NCBI GenBank assembly: GCA_032718475.1
Contig: JAUCBJ010008359.1
Coordinates: 1 to 64,000 of the forward strand
Origin: Nemertoderma westbladi
Lineage: Eukaryota > Animalia > Xenacoelomorpha
DNA: 64,000 nt
Direction of reading: 5' to 3'
In this document: one piece after another, positions 61,534-64,000 of the stretch
How positions within the stretch are numbered: the first letter of the stretch is position 1
Layout: each line of letters starts with the position of its first letter
Notes under the pieces: model-generated
The model's input: only the letters and a program-made list of their open reading frames with translations
Database searches by the model: none
Told to the model about the DNA's origin: nothing
Made by a program: the position numbers and the translations under genes

Positions 61534-62210
61534 AGCTAAGCTAAGCTAAGCTAAGCTAAGCTAAGCTAAGCTAAGCTAAGCTAAGCTAAGCTAAGCTAAG
61601 CTAAGCTAAGCTAAGCTAAGCTAAGCTAAGCTAAGCTAAGCTAAGCTAAGCTAAGCTAAGCTAAGCTAAGCTAAGCTAAGCTAAGCTAAGCTAAGCTAAG
61701 CTAAGCTAAGCTAAGCTAAGCTAAGCTAAGCTAAGCTAAGCTAAGCTAAGCTAAGCTAAGCTAAGCTAAGCTAAGCTAAGCTAAGCTAAGCTAAGCTAAG
61801 CTAAGCTAAGCTAAGCTAAGCTAAGCTAAGCTAAGCTAAGCTAAGCTAAGCTAAGCTAAGCTAAGCTAAGCTAAGCTAAGCTAAGCTAAGCTAAGCTAAG
61901 CTAAGCTAAGCTAAGCTAAGCTAAGCTAAGCTAAGCTAAGCTAAGCTAAGCTAAGCTAAGCTAAGCTAAGCTAAGCTAAGCTAAGCTAAGCTAAGCTAAG
62001 CTAAGCTAAGCTAAGCTAAGCTAAGCTAAGCTAAGCTAAGCTAAGCTAAGCTAAGCTAAGCTAAGCTAAGCTAAGCTAAGCTAAGCTAAGCTAAGCTAAG
62101 CTAAGCTAAGCTAAGCTAAGCTAAGCTAAGCTAAGCTAAGCTAAGCTAAGCTAAGCTAAGCTAAGCTAAGCTAAGCTAAGCTAAGCTAAGCTAAGCTAAG
62201 CTAAGCTAAG
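61534..62210 (-). repeat. (CTAAG)n array, about 135 units
   Basis: Perfect pentamer array of about 680 bp. Confidence 0.98.
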
Positions 62211-63540
62211 TACACCAATATTAGATATTGAGTTCCGTTTTGGAGTTCGCCTTGCAGACACTAAAGTTGCAATAACTTTTGAGACCGTGCATGGATTTGG
62301 CTCAAATGACTTGCAAACCTTTTCTACGCCGATGCTCTTTTACCACATGTAATGTGGTGAAATGTGGTGAAAACCACATATTTATAAGAAATTCCACCAA
62401 AAATAGTTTAATTTACTTTTTTCGCAGGGAAAAAAAGTAAAATCAATGCAATCTTACGGGTTACTATTTTCCTTAGGGAAAAAAGTTAAACTTTTTCTCC
62501 CGATTTTGGGGTACTTTCGAGCGAAAAAGGTAACAAATTAAGAAAATATATTTATATTTTTTTTGCGGTGGTAATTATAATAGTAATTAATAATTATATA
62601 TAATTATAATAGTAATTGACAATATGCAATGATAATATCGGCTCAAAAAATTTCAGGCAGCAACCCTATTGTTGCAACTAAATATTAATGTTTAAAACGA
62701 AGTAGTAGGCTACTAACAGTACTTTATAAAAGTTTACAAAAAAATTCAATTCAACAAATTATCGTTTTAATCATTTGAATTGAATTCTACGTTTTTTTTT
62801 AAATCCAATTTTAATCCAGTTCTTAATTATTGTACTCAATACGATAGTTTTAACAATATCCATTTCATCATGCTATCAGTAACAATGACTCTAAAGAAAG
62901 GCATTCATTCATACCTAACTGTCGTTCTATCGTGACATTTTTTATTCTGTTCTATCCTGTAATTATTGCTAAATATAGCTCCACACCTACTGTATCTATT
63001 TTGCCTTTTACTTTGTAGCGTTGACCGCGATGAGATATCGCACTGCTGCCCGTGGGTTTTCGTCTCTTTTTTCATTTAGTTAGGAAATTGACAATTTTGA
63101 ATACAGTAAGTAGTCAGTAGTGTATACCAGTATAATAAAACAATAAATAAATATTATATTGAAATTTAAACAAAGATAATTCAGAAAGGCCTTTTACCAT
63201 AGTCAAAGTATTCCTACTCTCTGACTACCAGTGTTATAGTGCAATTAATTTTCCCTCTTTCACTGTATTAAACTGCTACCCTGTTACAAGACAAAACAGT
63301 TTCGTGGTGTTACTGTATGGACCATCTTAACCCTGCGTGCCGCCCATCTGAAGAATACCAGGATTTCACTTTTCGGTCGACTTTTTATTGGAATTTTATA
63401 TATGAAGATTTTTTATTTTTTTTATTTTATCTTTAAGTGTTTTATAGCGCTTATTTCTGTCTTATAACCTGTACATATACTAATTCGTTTATTGTTTTGG
63501 TTAGATTCAGCCCTTCTGTAACCTGTGGTTTTGGTGAAAA

Positions 63541-63666
63541 CCTGGTATTCTTCACATGGGGGTAACTGCAAAGTGAAATATAACGGTAGAAAGTCTGGTA
63601 TTCTTCACATGGGGGTAACTGCAAAGTGAAATATAACGGCAGAAAGTCTGGTATTCTTCACATGGG
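63541..63666. repeat. 53-bp tandem repeat, about 2.4 copies
   Basis: CTGGTATTCTTCACATGGGGGTAACTGCAAAGTGAAATATAACGG.AGAAAGT repeated. Confidence 0.9.
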
Positions 63667-64000
63667 CCCTGCGTGCACCTATTGGTGCGATTTGCACCGA
63701 CTCAAATATTGTCTGGGAGGGTGTCCCAACCCCCATGTAATCGGCCCTGGTAATAACTAGAGTTCGTTCTGATTTGGTCTTATTCCTTTAGTTAATAACT
63801 GACTGCACAATCTCCGGTAGCTATACTGTACAAGCGCAGTGGCAGCGTAGAGGTACATAACTATAGGGGGTTATAGCCGGTCGTCCACTGGTATGCTTTC
63901 CAGAAAAGTAGATCTGGTATGACCTCGTCTTTACTTCGCCAGCAGTGCCCACTGAATCTTAATCTGCGTTCACGGAGGGTGGTTGATACAGGTAGTATAG

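Larger units (their letters stand above)
58525..63511. repeat. Two direct copies of a 1301-bp unit (58525-61536 with an insertion; 62211-63511), each preceded by (TAAGC)n
   Basis: Both start TACACCAATATTAGATATTG and end GGTTAGATTCAGC. Copy 1 minus the 1707-bp transposon and 4-bp TSD is also 1301 bp. Confidence 0.93.

Overview
AT-rich animal genomic DNA (spliceosomal GT-AG introns; probably an invertebrate, species not identifiable from the sequence). It is dominated by mobile DNA. There are two host genes: the last exon of an MFSD10-like transporter, and a multi-exon Cys-rich mosaic protein (2x SUEL lectin, EGF, cystine knot, vWC-like, EGF, 3x ShK, Cys-rich C-terminal repeats). The main element is a 13.25-kb BEL/Pao-type LTR retrotransposon (9034-22285, minus strand, CAAGT target duplication) inserted into an RTE-like LINE. 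It keeps Gag and protease, has lost RT and integrase, and has no tRNA-type PBS: the 13 nt after the 5' LTR pair with the LTR itself. In the env position it carries an unknown gene cassette. A diverged homolog of this cassette lies at 55253-57028, ahead of a different LTR-like sequence. In both copies a structured RNA leader comes first, then an unknown ORF, an in-frame UGA, and an ATG-less triple zinc-knuckle ORF. Also present: a second, 3'-truncated copy of the BEL element (45389-52471), a frameshifted BAF-like gene, three (TTAGC)n arrays at rearrangement junctions, three GG...CC non-autonomous DNA transposons (one with filled and empty site both in the window), a 3x 1972-bp tandem array, LINE fragments, a SINE and several minisatellites. 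All family assignments come from motif recognition by eye; no searches were run.
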